A stretch of DNA of 63,881 bases, filler included, from Sandaracinaceae bacterium (GTDB lineage: Bacteria; Myxococcota_A; Polyangia; Polyangiales; JADJQN01): the NCBI GenBank assembly GCA_947483975.1. It is 4 parts of 4 records of this genome, joined end to end, with 100 filler letters (N's around TTAATTAATTAA, not from the genome) between each part and the next. Parts side by side here need not be neighbours in the genome. Positions count along the whole stretch, not along the records: positions 1 to 17,125 come from CANKOL010000074.1; positions 17,226 to 33,988 come from CANKOL010000075.1; 2 more parts are not named here. One strand, written 5' to 3'. Below, piece after piece: positions 9,880 to 19,013 of the stretch (position 1 is its first letter; each line of letters opens with the position of its first letter). Below the pieces are notes generated by a model, which saw nothing but the letters and a program-made list of their open reading frames with translations, did not search any database and was not told where the DNA came from. Made by a program: the position numbers and the translations under genes.

Positions 9880-12800
9880 GTGAAACCGACGACGCGCGGC
9901 TGCCATCGACTCCACTTCCTGTCGGCGAGCTTCGCGCTCGCCGTCGTGCTCTCGGCCTTCGCGACGCCCGCCGAAGCGCAGCCGCTCGCGCCGTCGGACG
10001 TGCCGCCTGAGCTGCGCGCGTGGATCCCGTGGGCGCTCGACAGCGCGCCCAACTACGGCTGCACTTTCTGCGACGCGGCGCCGGGCAACGACGCGAACGC
10101 CGCCGTCGACGCGCCGATCTGCGTGTGGCCGGGCGAGCTGGTCCTCACCGTCGGCGCGAGCGAAGCGACGTTCGCGCTGGATGCGACGAGCGATCGGCGC
10201 ACGGTGCTCGGACTGCCGGGCGGCGGCCGCAACTGGCCCGTCGACGTGCGCGTCGATGGACAGGCCGCGGTCGTGCTCGTGCAGGCCGGCGCGCCGGTGC
10301 TCTGGCTCGAGCCGGGCGTGCACCGCATCGAGGGGCGCCTGCCATGGGCGGCCGTGCCCGAGACGCTCGCGGTGCCTGACGACATCGCGCGCGTGACCCT
10401 CGTGCGCGACGGTCAGGCGAGCTCGCCCTCGCGGGCGACGGCGGGCGAGGTCTGGCTGCGCGGCGGCGCGACGGCGGCGACGGAGCAAGATCAGGTCGGC
10501 CTCGAGGTGCACCGCCGCATCGACGACGGCTCGCCGGTCTCGGTGACGACGCGCATCGTGGTGCGGGCTGCCGGGCGCGCGCGCGAGCTTCGGTTGCCGA
10601 ATGTGCTGCCGGCGGGCCTGGTGCCGATCGAGCTCACGGCGGATCTGCCCGTGCGGCTCGTCGCGTCGGGGGAGCTGACGCTCCAGCTCCGCCCGGGCAC
10701 GTTCACGATCACGATCCGCGCGCTCGGCGCGCACCCGGACGCGTCGTTCCGTCGGCCGCAGGTCGACGCGCCGTGGCCCGACCAAGAGGTGTGGGTCTGG
10801 TCGCCGAACGAGGCCTTCCGGCAGGTGGAGCTCTCGGGCGCGCCGGGCATCGACCCGCAGCGCACCTCGCTGCCCGACGAGTGGCGCGGGCTCTCGGCGT
10901 ATCTCCTCGATCGCGACGCGACGCTGACGCTGCGCACCGTGCGGCGCGGCGAGCCGACCCCGCCGCCGAACCAGGTCGGCATCACGCGCGAGGTCTGGCT
11001 GGATCTCGACGGTCGCGGCTACACCGCGCGCGATCGGCTCTCGGTCGAGATGCACAGCACGCATCGCCTCGAGCTCGCCGAGGGCGTGCTCGGGCGCGTC
11101 AGCGTCGCCGAGCATGATCAGCTGATCACGCAGCGCGCGTCGGGGCGCCCCGGCATCGAGCTTCGCGACACGACGCAGCCCTTCACGGCGGAGTGGCGCG
11201 TCGACGCGCGCCCGTCGACCCTGCCGGCGGTCAACTGGTCGGAGAACGCGTCGTCCGTGAGCACGACGCTCCATCTGCCGCCCGGCTGGACCCTCGTGCA
11301 CGCCTCGGGCGTCGACCGCGCGCCGGGCACCTGGCTCGAGCGCTGGTCGCTCCTCGGCGTGTTCGCGCTCTTGCTGATCGCCGCCGCGATCGGGCGCGTC
11401 TACGGGCTCGGCTGGGGCGCCGTCGCGTTCGTCGGCGTCGGGCTCGCGTTCCACGAGGAGAACGCGCCGCAGTGGCTCTGGTTCGCGCTCGCGGCCATCG
11501 CGGGGCTGCACGCCGCGCTCCGCGGCAAGCGGCTCGAGTGGCTCGTGCGCTGGGCGTACTGGGGCGTCGGGCTGATCGCGACGATCTTCGTCGTCGTGTT
11601 CGCGTCGGCGCAGCTGCGCGTGGCGCTCTATCCGCAGCTCGCCGAGGCAGGCGATCAGAGCGCGACGCCGTACGACGACTGGAGCCTCAGCCGGTCGGAG
11701 GCCGTCTCCGATCAGATGGTCCCCGCGATGGAAGCGGCCGCGGGGGCGGCGCTCGACGAGGGCGCGATGGGCCGACGCGCCGGGCGCGGCTCCTCCCTCG
11801 GGGCCGACACGCGCAACCTCGCGGAGAACTCGTACTGGCTCGATCCGAACGCCGTCGTGCAGACGGGCTTCGGCCTGCCGACGTGGTCGTGGTCGTCCTA
11901 CTCGCTCACGTTCGATGGGCCCGTCGCGCGCGGGCACCAGCTGCGCCTGTTTCTCCTGCCTCCGTGGGCCTTCCGGCTCGTGGCGTTTCTCCGCGCAGCG
12001 CTCTCGCTCCTGCTCCTCGGCGTCCTGGTCGTAAAGCGCCCGAAGCCGCCCGCGCCCGCCGCGCCGGCTCCTGCCCCGAGCGCGCCCGCGGCTGCCCTCG
12101 CCGCCGCCGCCGTCCTGCTGCTCGCGTCGTTCTCCTATGCACGCGCCGAGGCGCAGGCGACGCCGAGCCCCGAGGTGCTGGCCGACCTGCAAGCGCGGCT
12201 CACGCGCCGAAACGCCTGCGGCGAGCGGTGCAGCGAGGCGAACCGGATGCACATCGCGGTCAGCGGCGAGGTGCTGCGCATCGACCTCGAGATCGCTGCG
12301 GCTGAGCCCGCGGCGTATCCGCTGCCGGGGCCGAGCGAGACCTGGTCGCCGTCCGTCGTGAGCCTCGATGGCGTGCCGACGCGCGCGCTGATCCGCCTGC
12401 CGGACGGCTTCCTGCACGTGCGCGTGCCGGCTGGCGCGCACGTCGTCCGCGTCGAGGGGCCGCTCGCCGGGCGCGACTCGCTGACGCTCGCGTTCGGGCG
12501 AGCGCCGCGCTCGCTGACGGTCGACGCGCAGGGCTTCGAGGTCGATGGGCTCGGCACCGATGATCGGGTCGCCGAGTCGATCCAGCTGCGCCGCACGCTC
12601 GACAGCGCGCCCGGCGCCGAAGACGACGCGCGCTCGGAGCTACCCGCGTGGCTCGAGGTGCGTCGCCGCGTCGACGTCGGCGTGCGCTGGACGGTCGAGA
12701 CGGTGGTCACGCGGCGCTCGCCCGCCAACGCGCCTGCCGTCGCGCGCATCCCGCTCCTGCCGTCCGAGTCGGTGACGGACTCGAACGTCGTCATCGAGAA

Positions 12801-14163
12801 CCGCACGGCGGTCGTCACGCTCGGGCAGCGCGACTCGGAGCTGCGCTGGACGTCGGTGATCGAGCCGAGCGACGCCATCACGCTGCTCGCGCCGACGGAG
12901 GGGCGCCTCACCGAGATCTGGACGCTCGCGTGCAGCCCCCTCTGGCACTGCGAGACCGAAGCCGTGCCCGGACACGCGCTCCTCGCGCCGACGGAGCAAG
13001 GCGCGGCGGGCACCTGGCAGCCGACGTTCCATCCGTGGCCCGGCGAGTCGCTGCGCATCGCGCTGACGCGCCCCGCGGCGGCGCGCGGTCAGTCGCAGAC
13101 CATCGACAGCGCGAAGCTGCGCGTCTCGCCCGGCATCCGGCTGACGGCGTCGACGCTCGAGGCGACGATCCGCAGCAGCGTGAGCGCGCCGTTCTACGTG
13201 ACGCTCCCGCGAGACGTCGCGCTGCAATCCCTGACGGTCGACGGGCAGCCCCGCCCGCTTCAGCTCGAGTCGGGGCGCGTCGCCGTGGCGCTGCAGCCCG
13301 GCTCGCACACGATCGCGCTCGCTTGGCAGTCGAACACCGGCTGGCAAACCGTCTTCTCGACGCCGCCGATCACGCTCGGCGGCGCAGCGGTGAACGTCAC
13401 CCTCGAGCTGCCACTCTCGAGCGACCGCTGGGTGCTCTGGCTGAGCGGGCCCTCCTGGGGCCCGGCGGTGCTCTTCTGGCCGTATCTCGCGCTCATCCTG
13501 GCGCTCGCCATCGCGCTGGCGCGGAGCTCCGGACGCAAGCTCGAGCTTCCGCTCCGCACGCACGACTGGATTCTCTTGCTGGTCGGCCTGACGCAGGTGC
13601 CCGCCGTCGCCGCGCTGGTCGTCGTCGGCTGGTTCTACGTCCTGGCCGTCCGGCGTCGCGACACGACGATGCACTCGGCGCTCTTCGACCTGCGACAGCT
13701 CGCGCTCGTGTTCTACACGCTCGTCGCGTTCGGCTGCCTGATCTGGGCCGTCGAAGCGGGCTTGCTCGGCGACCCCGCGATGGACGTGGCTGGGCCCGGC
13801 TGCTCGAGCTCGCTGGCGACGTTCTTCGTCGATCGCGTCGCGCGAACACTCCCCATCGCGACGGTGTTCAGCCTGCCTATCTGGGTCTTCCGAGTGCTGA
13901 TGTTCGGCTGGGCGCTGTGGCTCGCCGTGTCGCTCCTGCGGTGGGCGCGCTGGGGCTGGAACGCCTTCCGGCACGAGGGGTTCTTTCGCACGCGCCTGAC
14001 CCCGCCGCGCAAGGCGCCGACTCCGCCGCACGTGCAGCCCGCTGCGGCGGCAAGTGTGGCAGTCACCGCGAGCGTGCCTGTCCGCACGAGCACGGAGGCG
14101 TCGCCCGCGCTGCCACTCGCCGACCCGCCGCAGGCGAGCGTCCCGCCTAGCGACGAGCGCTGA
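9880..14163 (+). CDS. Large hypothetical membrane protein made of two homologous halves
   Basis: Long ORF with strong GC3 bias, an AxA signal peptide and two extracytoplasmic + multi-TM modules. Start is uncertain (9853 TTG or 9880 GTG). Confidence 0.85.
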   Translation: MKPTTRGCHRLHFLSASFALAVVLSAFATPAEAQPLAPSDVPPELRAWIPWALDSAPNYGCTFCDAAPGNDANAAVDAPICVWPGELVLTVGASEATFALDATSDRRTVLGLPGGGRNWPVDVRVDGQAAVVLVQAGAPVLWLEPGVHRIEGRLPWAAVPETLAVPDDIARVTLVRDGQASSPSRATAGEVWLRGGATAATEQDQVGLEVHRRIDDGSPVSVTTRIVVRAAGRARELRLPNVLPAGLVPIELTADLPVRLVASGELTLQLRPGTFTITIRALGAHPDASFRRPQVDAPWPDQEVWVWSPNEAFRQVELSGAPGIDPQRTSLPDEWRGLSAYLLDRDATLTLRTVRRGEPTPPPNQVGITREVWLDLDGRGYTARDRLSVEMHSTHRLELAEGVLGRVSVAEHDQLITQRASGRPGIELRDTTQPFTAEWRVDARPSTLPAVNWSENASSVSTTLHLPPGWTLVHASGVDRAPGTWLERWSLLGVFALLLIAAAIGRVYGLGWGAVAFVGVGLAFHEENAPQWLWFALAAIAGLHAALRGKRLEWLVRWAYWGVGLIATIFVVVFASAQLRVALYPQLAEAGDQSATPYDDWSLSRSEAVSDQMVPAMEAAAGAALDEGAMGRRAGRGSSLGADTRNLAENSYWLDPNAVVQTGFGLPTWSWSSYSLTFDGPVARGHQLRLFLLPPWAFRLVAFLRAALSLLLLGVLVVKRPKPPAPAAPAPAPSAPAAALAAAAVLLLASFSYARAEAQATPSPEVLADLQARLTRRNACGERCSEANRMHIAVSGEVLRIDLEIAAAEPAAYPLPGPSETWSPSVVSLDGVPTRALIRLPDGFLHVRVPAGAHVVRVEGPLAGRDSLTLAFGRAPRSLTVDAQGFEVDGLGTDDRVAESIQLRRTLDSAPGAEDDARSELPAWLEVRRRVDVGVRWTVETVVTRRSPANAPAVARIPLLPSESVTDSNVVIENRTAVVTLGQRDSELRWTSVIEPSDAITLLAPTEGRLTEIWTLACSPLWHCETEAVPGHALLAPTEQGAAGTWQPTFHPWPGESLRIALTRPAAARGQSQTIDSAKLRVSPGIRLTASTLEATIRSSVSAPFYVTLPRDVALQSLTVDGQPRPLQLESGRVAVALQPGSHTIALAWQSNTGWQTVFSTPPITLGGAAVNVTLELPLSSDRWVLWLSGPSWGPAVLFWPYLALILALAIALARSSGRKLELPLRTHDWILLLVGLTQVPAVAALVVVGWFYVLAVRRRDTTMHSALFDLRQLALVFYTLVAFGCLIWAVEAGLLGDPAMDVAGPGCSSSLATFFVDRVARTLPIATVFSLPIWVFRVLMFGWALWLAVSLLRWARWGWNAFRHEGFFRTRLTPPRKAPTPPHVQPAAAASVAVTASVPVRTSTEASPALPLADPPQASVPPSDER

Positions 14164-14279
14164 CGCGAGCACAAATAGAGCGCACTTGGACGCCCGCACT
14201 GCACCGGGCAACCCGACTGTGCGCTCCGGCATGTTTGTCACTTGCCGTCGCGCGCGGCTGCGCACACCTTCGGTCGGCG

Positions 14280-14909
14280 ATGCTGACACACAACGAGTAC
14301 GCGACCCTCGTGGAGCAAGCGCCGATCATGATCTGGCGCGCTCGCACCGATATGCTGTGTGACTACTTCAACGCGCGCTGGCTGGAGTTCACCGGGCGCA
14401 CGCAGGAGCAAGAGTTTGGCAACGGTTGGGCGGAGTGCGTGCACGCGGACGACCTCGACCGCTGCGTGGCGTACTACGTGGAGAACTTCGCCGCGCGGAA
14501 GATCTTCGAGATGTTCTATCGACTGCGCCGTCACGACGGGCAGATGCGCTGGATCTTCGACCGCGGCGTGCCTTTCTATACGGAGTCTGGGGAGTTCGCG
14601 GGCTACGTCGGGAGTTGCATCGACGTCACCGACAAGATCGAGGCAGAGCGCGCGCTGTCAGCGGCGCAGCAGCGGGAGATCGAGCAGCTGCAGCGCTTCC
14701 TGCCGGTCTGCGCCTGGTGCAAGAAGATCCGGAGCGACGACGGCTATTGGCAGGAGGTGACCGACTACCTGAGTTCGCACGTCGCCACGGTCACGCACGG
14801 GATCTGCGCAAAGTGCGAGCAGGACCTCGTCGGGTGCCCGCACGGCGGGCTCGACGAGGTGTGCGAGGCGTGCAGGGGAGTGCAACGCCGCAGGTCCAGT
14901 CCTCCCTGA
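14280..14909 (+). CDS. PAS domain protein with C-terminal Cys-rich domain
   Basis: PAS_3-like (YFNARWLEFTG...GNGWAECVHADD...YRLRRHDGQMRW...GYVGSCIDVT), then LPVCAWCKKIR...THGICAKC. Confidence 0.85.
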   Translation: MLTHNEYATLVEQAPIMIWRARTDMLCDYFNARWLEFTGRTQEQEFGNGWAECVHADDLDRCVAYYVENFAARKIFEMFYRLRRHDGQMRWIFDRGVPFYTESGEFAGYVGSCIDVTDKIEAERALSAAQQREIEQLQRFLPVCAWCKKIRSDDGYWQEVTDYLSSHVATVTHGICAKCEQDLVGCPHGGLDEVCEACRGVQRRRSSPP

Positions 14910-15326
14910 AGGGTGGGTCAGGCGGAGGGCGCCGCGCGGCCGCGCGAGGCGCTCACTCGTGCGGGCTCGCGAGCAGCGCCGCGAGCGCGCGCCTCCCCTG
15001 AGTGGAGCCAACGGGCAAACTCAAGAGCTGTAGAAAAATAGTCCGAGAGCGAGCGCCGGCCCGGGGGCCCCGCCGGCTGCTAGCAGCCGACGCCCCAGGC
15101 ACCCCGCGGAGCGCAGACCCGAGGAACACTCCTGCATTTCGCAGGGTCTGCGTGAGGGCGTGGACGCCGGCGAGCGACAGGCGCAGAGCGCGGCGCTGAG
15201 CACGAGCAGCACCTGGAGACGTCGAGCCACCGACGGACGCTGCTGGCCTGGGCACGGGAGGTCAAAGTGCTGGTCTGCAAGCGTTGAGCTGCCGGTCACG
15301 GCACGCCGCTTGCTGGACTGCGCTCC

Positions 15327-15689
15327 ATGAACGACGGTCGGCTCCTCTCTCGAATCCTGCGAATCGCTCTCCTCGGACTCATGACGACAGCGCTCCTCGC
15401 GTGCGGCGATGGTGGTATCGGCAACACCGGAGACGTCGTCGGAGGGCCGTGCACGGCGGATAGCTGCGCGGGCGGTTCGACTTGCTTGGTCGACACGATG
15501 CTCCCCGGCGGCACGTGCTCGATGTCCTGCGCCACTCAGGCGGATTGCCCCGACGGCACGGTGTGCGTGCAGGAGAGCGGCGGCACTTGCTTGCTCGCGT
15601 GCTCGACGGCGAGCGACTGCCGAGACGGCTACGGCTGCAACGTGAAGAGCACGCTGCCCGCCGGCAGCGGACATGTGTGTATTCGATGA
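15327..15689 (+). CDS. Small Cys-rich lipoprotein
   Basis: Lipobox LLAC followed by many Cys (GGPC..DSC..GGTC..C..QADC..GGTCLLAC..DCRDGYGC). Confidence 0.75.
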   Translation: MNDGRLLSRILRIALLGLMTTALLACGDGGIGNTGDVVGGPCTADSCAGGSTCLVDTMLPGGTCSMSCATQADCPDGTVCVQESGGTCLLACSTASDCRDGYGCNVKSTLPAGSGHVCIR

Positions 15690-16066
15690 GCGACACGCGC
15701 TCCGCAGGGCGTGAGGCGGCCCGCTCGAGGCCGCTCATCAGCCGCGCTCAGGCGCGAAGCGGAAGTGCAGGTTTCGTACAGATGTACGGATTCTGCGCGA
15801 TTGCGGCGCTCGCCGGGCTCATCGCCGCGTCGGGGAGCGGCTGCGGCGGGGGCTCTTCTGCGCGGCCGACTTCGAACGAGGAGGTCGCGGCGATGTCCGC
15901 GGATCAGCGCCCCGACGGGACCGGCGGTGCCGCCGAGGAGGGCGCGAGCTGTGACTTCGGCGGCAATCATGATCGCACCTGCCGCGGCGGACTCAGCTGC
16001 TGCTACGGCCCGGAATACGAGCGCACGGGGTACGGCGCGTGCCGCGCGGAGTGCCCAGACCGCTGA
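15686..16066 (+). CDS. Small Cys-rich putative lipoprotein
   Basis: ATGA overlap with the previous gene (alternative start about 15782). Lipobox-like IAASGSGC and a Cys-rich C-terminus. Confidence 0.55.
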   Translation: MSDTRSAGREAARSRPLISRAQARSGSAGFVQMYGFCAIAALAGLIAASGSGCGGGSSARPTSNEEVAAMSADQRPDGTGGAAEEGASCDFGGNHDRTCRGGLSCCYGPEYERTGYGACRAECPDR

Positions 16067-16171
16067 GGGACCGGCGCGTCGGTTGACCGCGCGTCGAGGA
16101 GGCGGCGAACAGGCTCGATGGGAGGCGCGATGGGCGCACCGTCCGCTCAGCCGTTGTGCTACCGAGCGTAT

Positions 16172-17125
16172 ATGAGCCGCTGCGCCGCATGTGGCGACGA
16201 GCACGACCCGCAGCTCACGCGGTGTCCACGCCTCGACGTGCCTGTGACGGACGGCCCCTGCGGAACGCGCATCGAACGCTACGACGTCGAGCGGTTCGTC
16301 GGCGGGGGAGGCTTCGGCGCGGTCTACGTCGCGCGGCACTCCTTGCTCGGGCAGCCCGTCGCGATGAAGCTCCTGCGGCGCGAGGTCGCGGGGAACGCCG
16401 AGGTCGTCGCGCGCTTTCTGCGCGAGGCGCGCGCGGCGGCGAGCATCCACAGCCCACACGTCGTGCGCGTGACGGACTTCGGGACGACGACCGACGGCAC
16501 GCCGTTCTTCGTGATGGACCTGCTCGCTGGCCGGGACCTCGAGACGCTGCTCCGCAGCGAGCGCGCGCTCGCGGTGCCCCGCGCGGTCGACCTCGCGCTG
16601 CAGTGCCTCGACGGGCTCGCGGCGGCGCACGCCATCGGCGTCATTCACCGCGACGTGAAGCCCGCCAACATCGTCCTCTCGAGCGAGCGCGGACCGAACG
16701 GCGGGCGTGACCACGTCGTGGTCGTCGACTTCGGTCTGAGCAAGGTGACGCTCGCCGGCGGCGCGCAGGCGCTGACGCTGACCGGCGCCATCATCGGCAC
16801 GCCGCACTACATGCCGCCGGAGCAGTTTCACGGCACCCGGGACGTCGACGCGCGGGCCGACCTCTACGCGATGGGCGTCATCCTCTATCAGCTGCTCTCG
16901 GGGGCGCTGCCGTATGACGCGCCGACCTCCGGGGAGCTCCTCGTCAAGATCTGCTCGGAGCCGCCGCGGCCGCTGCGCGAGGTCGCGCCGTCGCTGCCGG
17001 AGGCGCTCCTCGAGGTCGTCGGGCGCGCGATGGCGGCTGAGCCGGACGCGCGCTTCCAGACGGCGCAGGCGTTTGCCGACGCGCTACGCACCGCGCTCAC
17101 GGCGGCCGCGCACGCCCCCGCTACC
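16172..17125 (+). CDS. Ser/Thr protein kinase (Hanks type), truncated by contig end
   Basis: GGGGFGAVY, VAMK, HRDVKPANI, DFG, GTPHYMPPEQ, DLYAMG. N-terminal CxxC..H..CP ribbon. Confidence 0.95.
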
Positions 17126-17225
17126 NNNNNNNNNNNNNNNNNNNNNNNNNNNNNNNNNNNNNNNNNNNNTTAATTAATTAANNNNNNNNNNNNNNNNNNN
17201 NNNNNNNNNNNNNNNNNNNNNNNNN
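17126..17225. other. Artificial contig spacer
   Basis: N44-TTAATTAATTAA-N44 six-frame-stop linker. Confidence 0.98.
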
Positions 17226-17227
17226 GA

Positions 17228-17425
17228 GGCGGAGACGGCGGCGGCGGCGCTGGCGGGCCGAGCGTCGGCGTGTGGTTGCTCCCGACCGCGGTGCTGAATC
17301 AGGACGCGTCGACGATCACGCCCGGCGCTGGCGGCGCAGGCGGGGCTTCGCCCGGCGGACCGGCGGCGGGCGGCGACGGCCCGGACGGCGCGTCGGTCGA
17401 CATCTACCGGCAGACGACGCCCTGA
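17228..17425 (+). CDS. C-terminal fragment of a Gly-rich (PE-PGRS-like) protein
   Basis: Own translation: GGDGGGGAGGPSVGVWLLPTAVLNQDASTITPGAGGAGGASPGGPAAGGDGPDGASVDIYRQTTP-stop. Confidence 0.65.
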   Translation, partial: GGDGGGGAGGPSVGVWLLPTAVLNQDASTITPGAGGAGGASPGGPAAGGDGPDGASVDIYRQTTP

Positions 17426-17486
17426 GCAGCCTGCCCGATACTTAAGCGTTACGCGATGGTGACGTGTATTCTGCGCCACCAAACAC

Positions 17487-18827
17487 ATGGACTCTCCCGC
17501 CGGTGAGAACCTCGTCGCTGCCGCCGCGACCCTCCTCCTCGAACGCGGCCTGATCGCGCTCGGGGTCGTGCGCGCCGGGCTCCTGCTCCGCTCGACGCCG
17601 AAGCTCGACGAGATGTTCGGCCTGAGCGGCGGCGCGGACGCGCGGAGCGTGCCGCTCGCTGACCTCGTCGCCAACCTCGACCGCGAGCGCGTCGTCGGCG
17701 CGCTGACGGCGGTCGAGGCGCGCGACGCCGGCACCGCGGACGCGAGCACCTTGCTGATCTTCGACGCGCTGCGCGGCGATGGCTCGGTGTTCGAGGCGGA
17801 GGTGACCGCGACGTTGGGCGCGCTGCCCGACGGACCCGCGCTGCTCTTGCTGGTGACCGACGTCACCGAGCGGCGCCGCGCCGAGAAGCAGCTCAGCTAC
17901 ATGGCGTTCCTCGACCCGCTGACGGGGCTGGCGAACCGGGCGCTCTTCCTCGATCGGATGCGCGACACCCTGAGCGCGGCGCGGCGCGATCGGCGCGCGT
18001 TCGCCGTGCTGATGTGCGACCTCGACGGCTTCAAGCGCGTCAACGACACGCACGGTCACGAGACGGGCGACGGGCTCCTCTCGGCCGTCGCGCGGCGCCT
18101 CGAGGGAGCCGTGCGCGACAGCGACACCGTCGCGCGCCTCGGCGGCGACGAGTTCGCCGTCATCCTGCCGAAGGTCGCGAGCCGGGAGCACGTCGCGATC
18201 GTCACCGAGCGCATGGTGCGGGCCTTCGACGAGCCGATCTTGGTCGGCGACGCCGAGTGCAAGATCGGCGTCAGCATCGGCATCGCGACGTATCCGGAGG
18301 ACGGCACCGAGATGGACGCGCTGACCGCGCGCGCCGACTCGGCGATGTACGACAGCAAGCGCGCCGGGAAGAACCGCTACACCTACGCCGCGCCCGTGGA
18401 CGGCGGCGCGACCGCGCGCACGGCGGTGCCGTTCTTCAAGTGGACCTACGCGCACGAGGTCGGCATTCAGATGATCGACGCGCAGCACCAGCACCTCGTC
18501 GAGCTGATGAACGCGCTCGGCGAGACGCTGAAGTCGGGCTGCGAGCGCGACGCGATCGTCGAGGCGCTCGGCGCGCTCGTGAAGTTCACGACGGCTCACT
18601 TCGCCTCGGAGGAGCGCCTGATGCGCGACTACGCGGGCTGGTCGCTCGCTGCGCAGCACGCGCACGAGCATCGCAAGCTCCTCGACGACGTGACGAGCCT
18701 CGTCGTGCAGGCGGACGCGCAGAGCATGACGCTCACCGTGCGCTTTCTGCAGGAGTGGCTCGTCCGGCACATCGTCACGATGGACGCGCCGCTCGCGGCG
18801 TGGCTCCGCGAGCAGGGCGCGAGCTAG
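17487..18827 (+). CDS. PAS-like/GGDEF diguanylate cyclase with C-terminal bacteriohemerythrin domain
   Basis: DPLTGLANR, DLDGFKRVND, RDSD I-site, RLGGDEF. Hemerythrin ligand set IDAQH, HFASEE, HAHEH, HIVTMD. Confidence 0.92.
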   Translation: MDSPAGENLVAAAATLLLERGLIALGVVRAGLLLRSTPKLDEMFGLSGGADARSVPLADLVANLDRERVVGALTAVEARDAGTADASTLLIFDALRGDGSVFEAEVTATLGALPDGPALLLLVTDVTERRRAEKQLSYMAFLDPLTGLANRALFLDRMRDTLSAARRDRRAFAVLMCDLDGFKRVNDTHGHETGDGLLSAVARRLEGAVRDSDTVARLGGDEFAVILPKVASREHVAIVTERMVRAFDEPILVGDAECKIGVSIGIATYPEDGTEMDALTARADSAMYDSKRAGKNRYTYAAPVDGGATARTAVPFFKWTYAHEVGIQMIDAQHQHLVELMNALGETLKSGCERDAIVEALGALVKFTTAHFASEERLMRDYAGWSLAAQHAHEHRKLLDDVTSLVVQADAQSMTLTVRFLQEWLVRHIVTMDAPLAAWLREQGAS

Positions 18828-19013
18828 CCGCGCGGGCCCAGCTCGAGACCGCGGGCGCGACGAAAAAACCGCCCCGGGATTGTGTTTGCGCAAGCACCAA
18901 TCGTCGTCGCGGCCCACCCTCCGACCGCGCGGCCTCCGCCGCGTCGAACGACCGCCGCGCCCACCGCGAACCCACGTTCGCGAGGGTCGGCGCTTCCCGT
19001 AGGATGCGCGCCG

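Noticed and set aside
15014..15060. c-di-GMP-I riboswitch (GGGCAAAC start)
   Set aside because: The expected GAAA-capped stem and GACGCAAA segment are missing.
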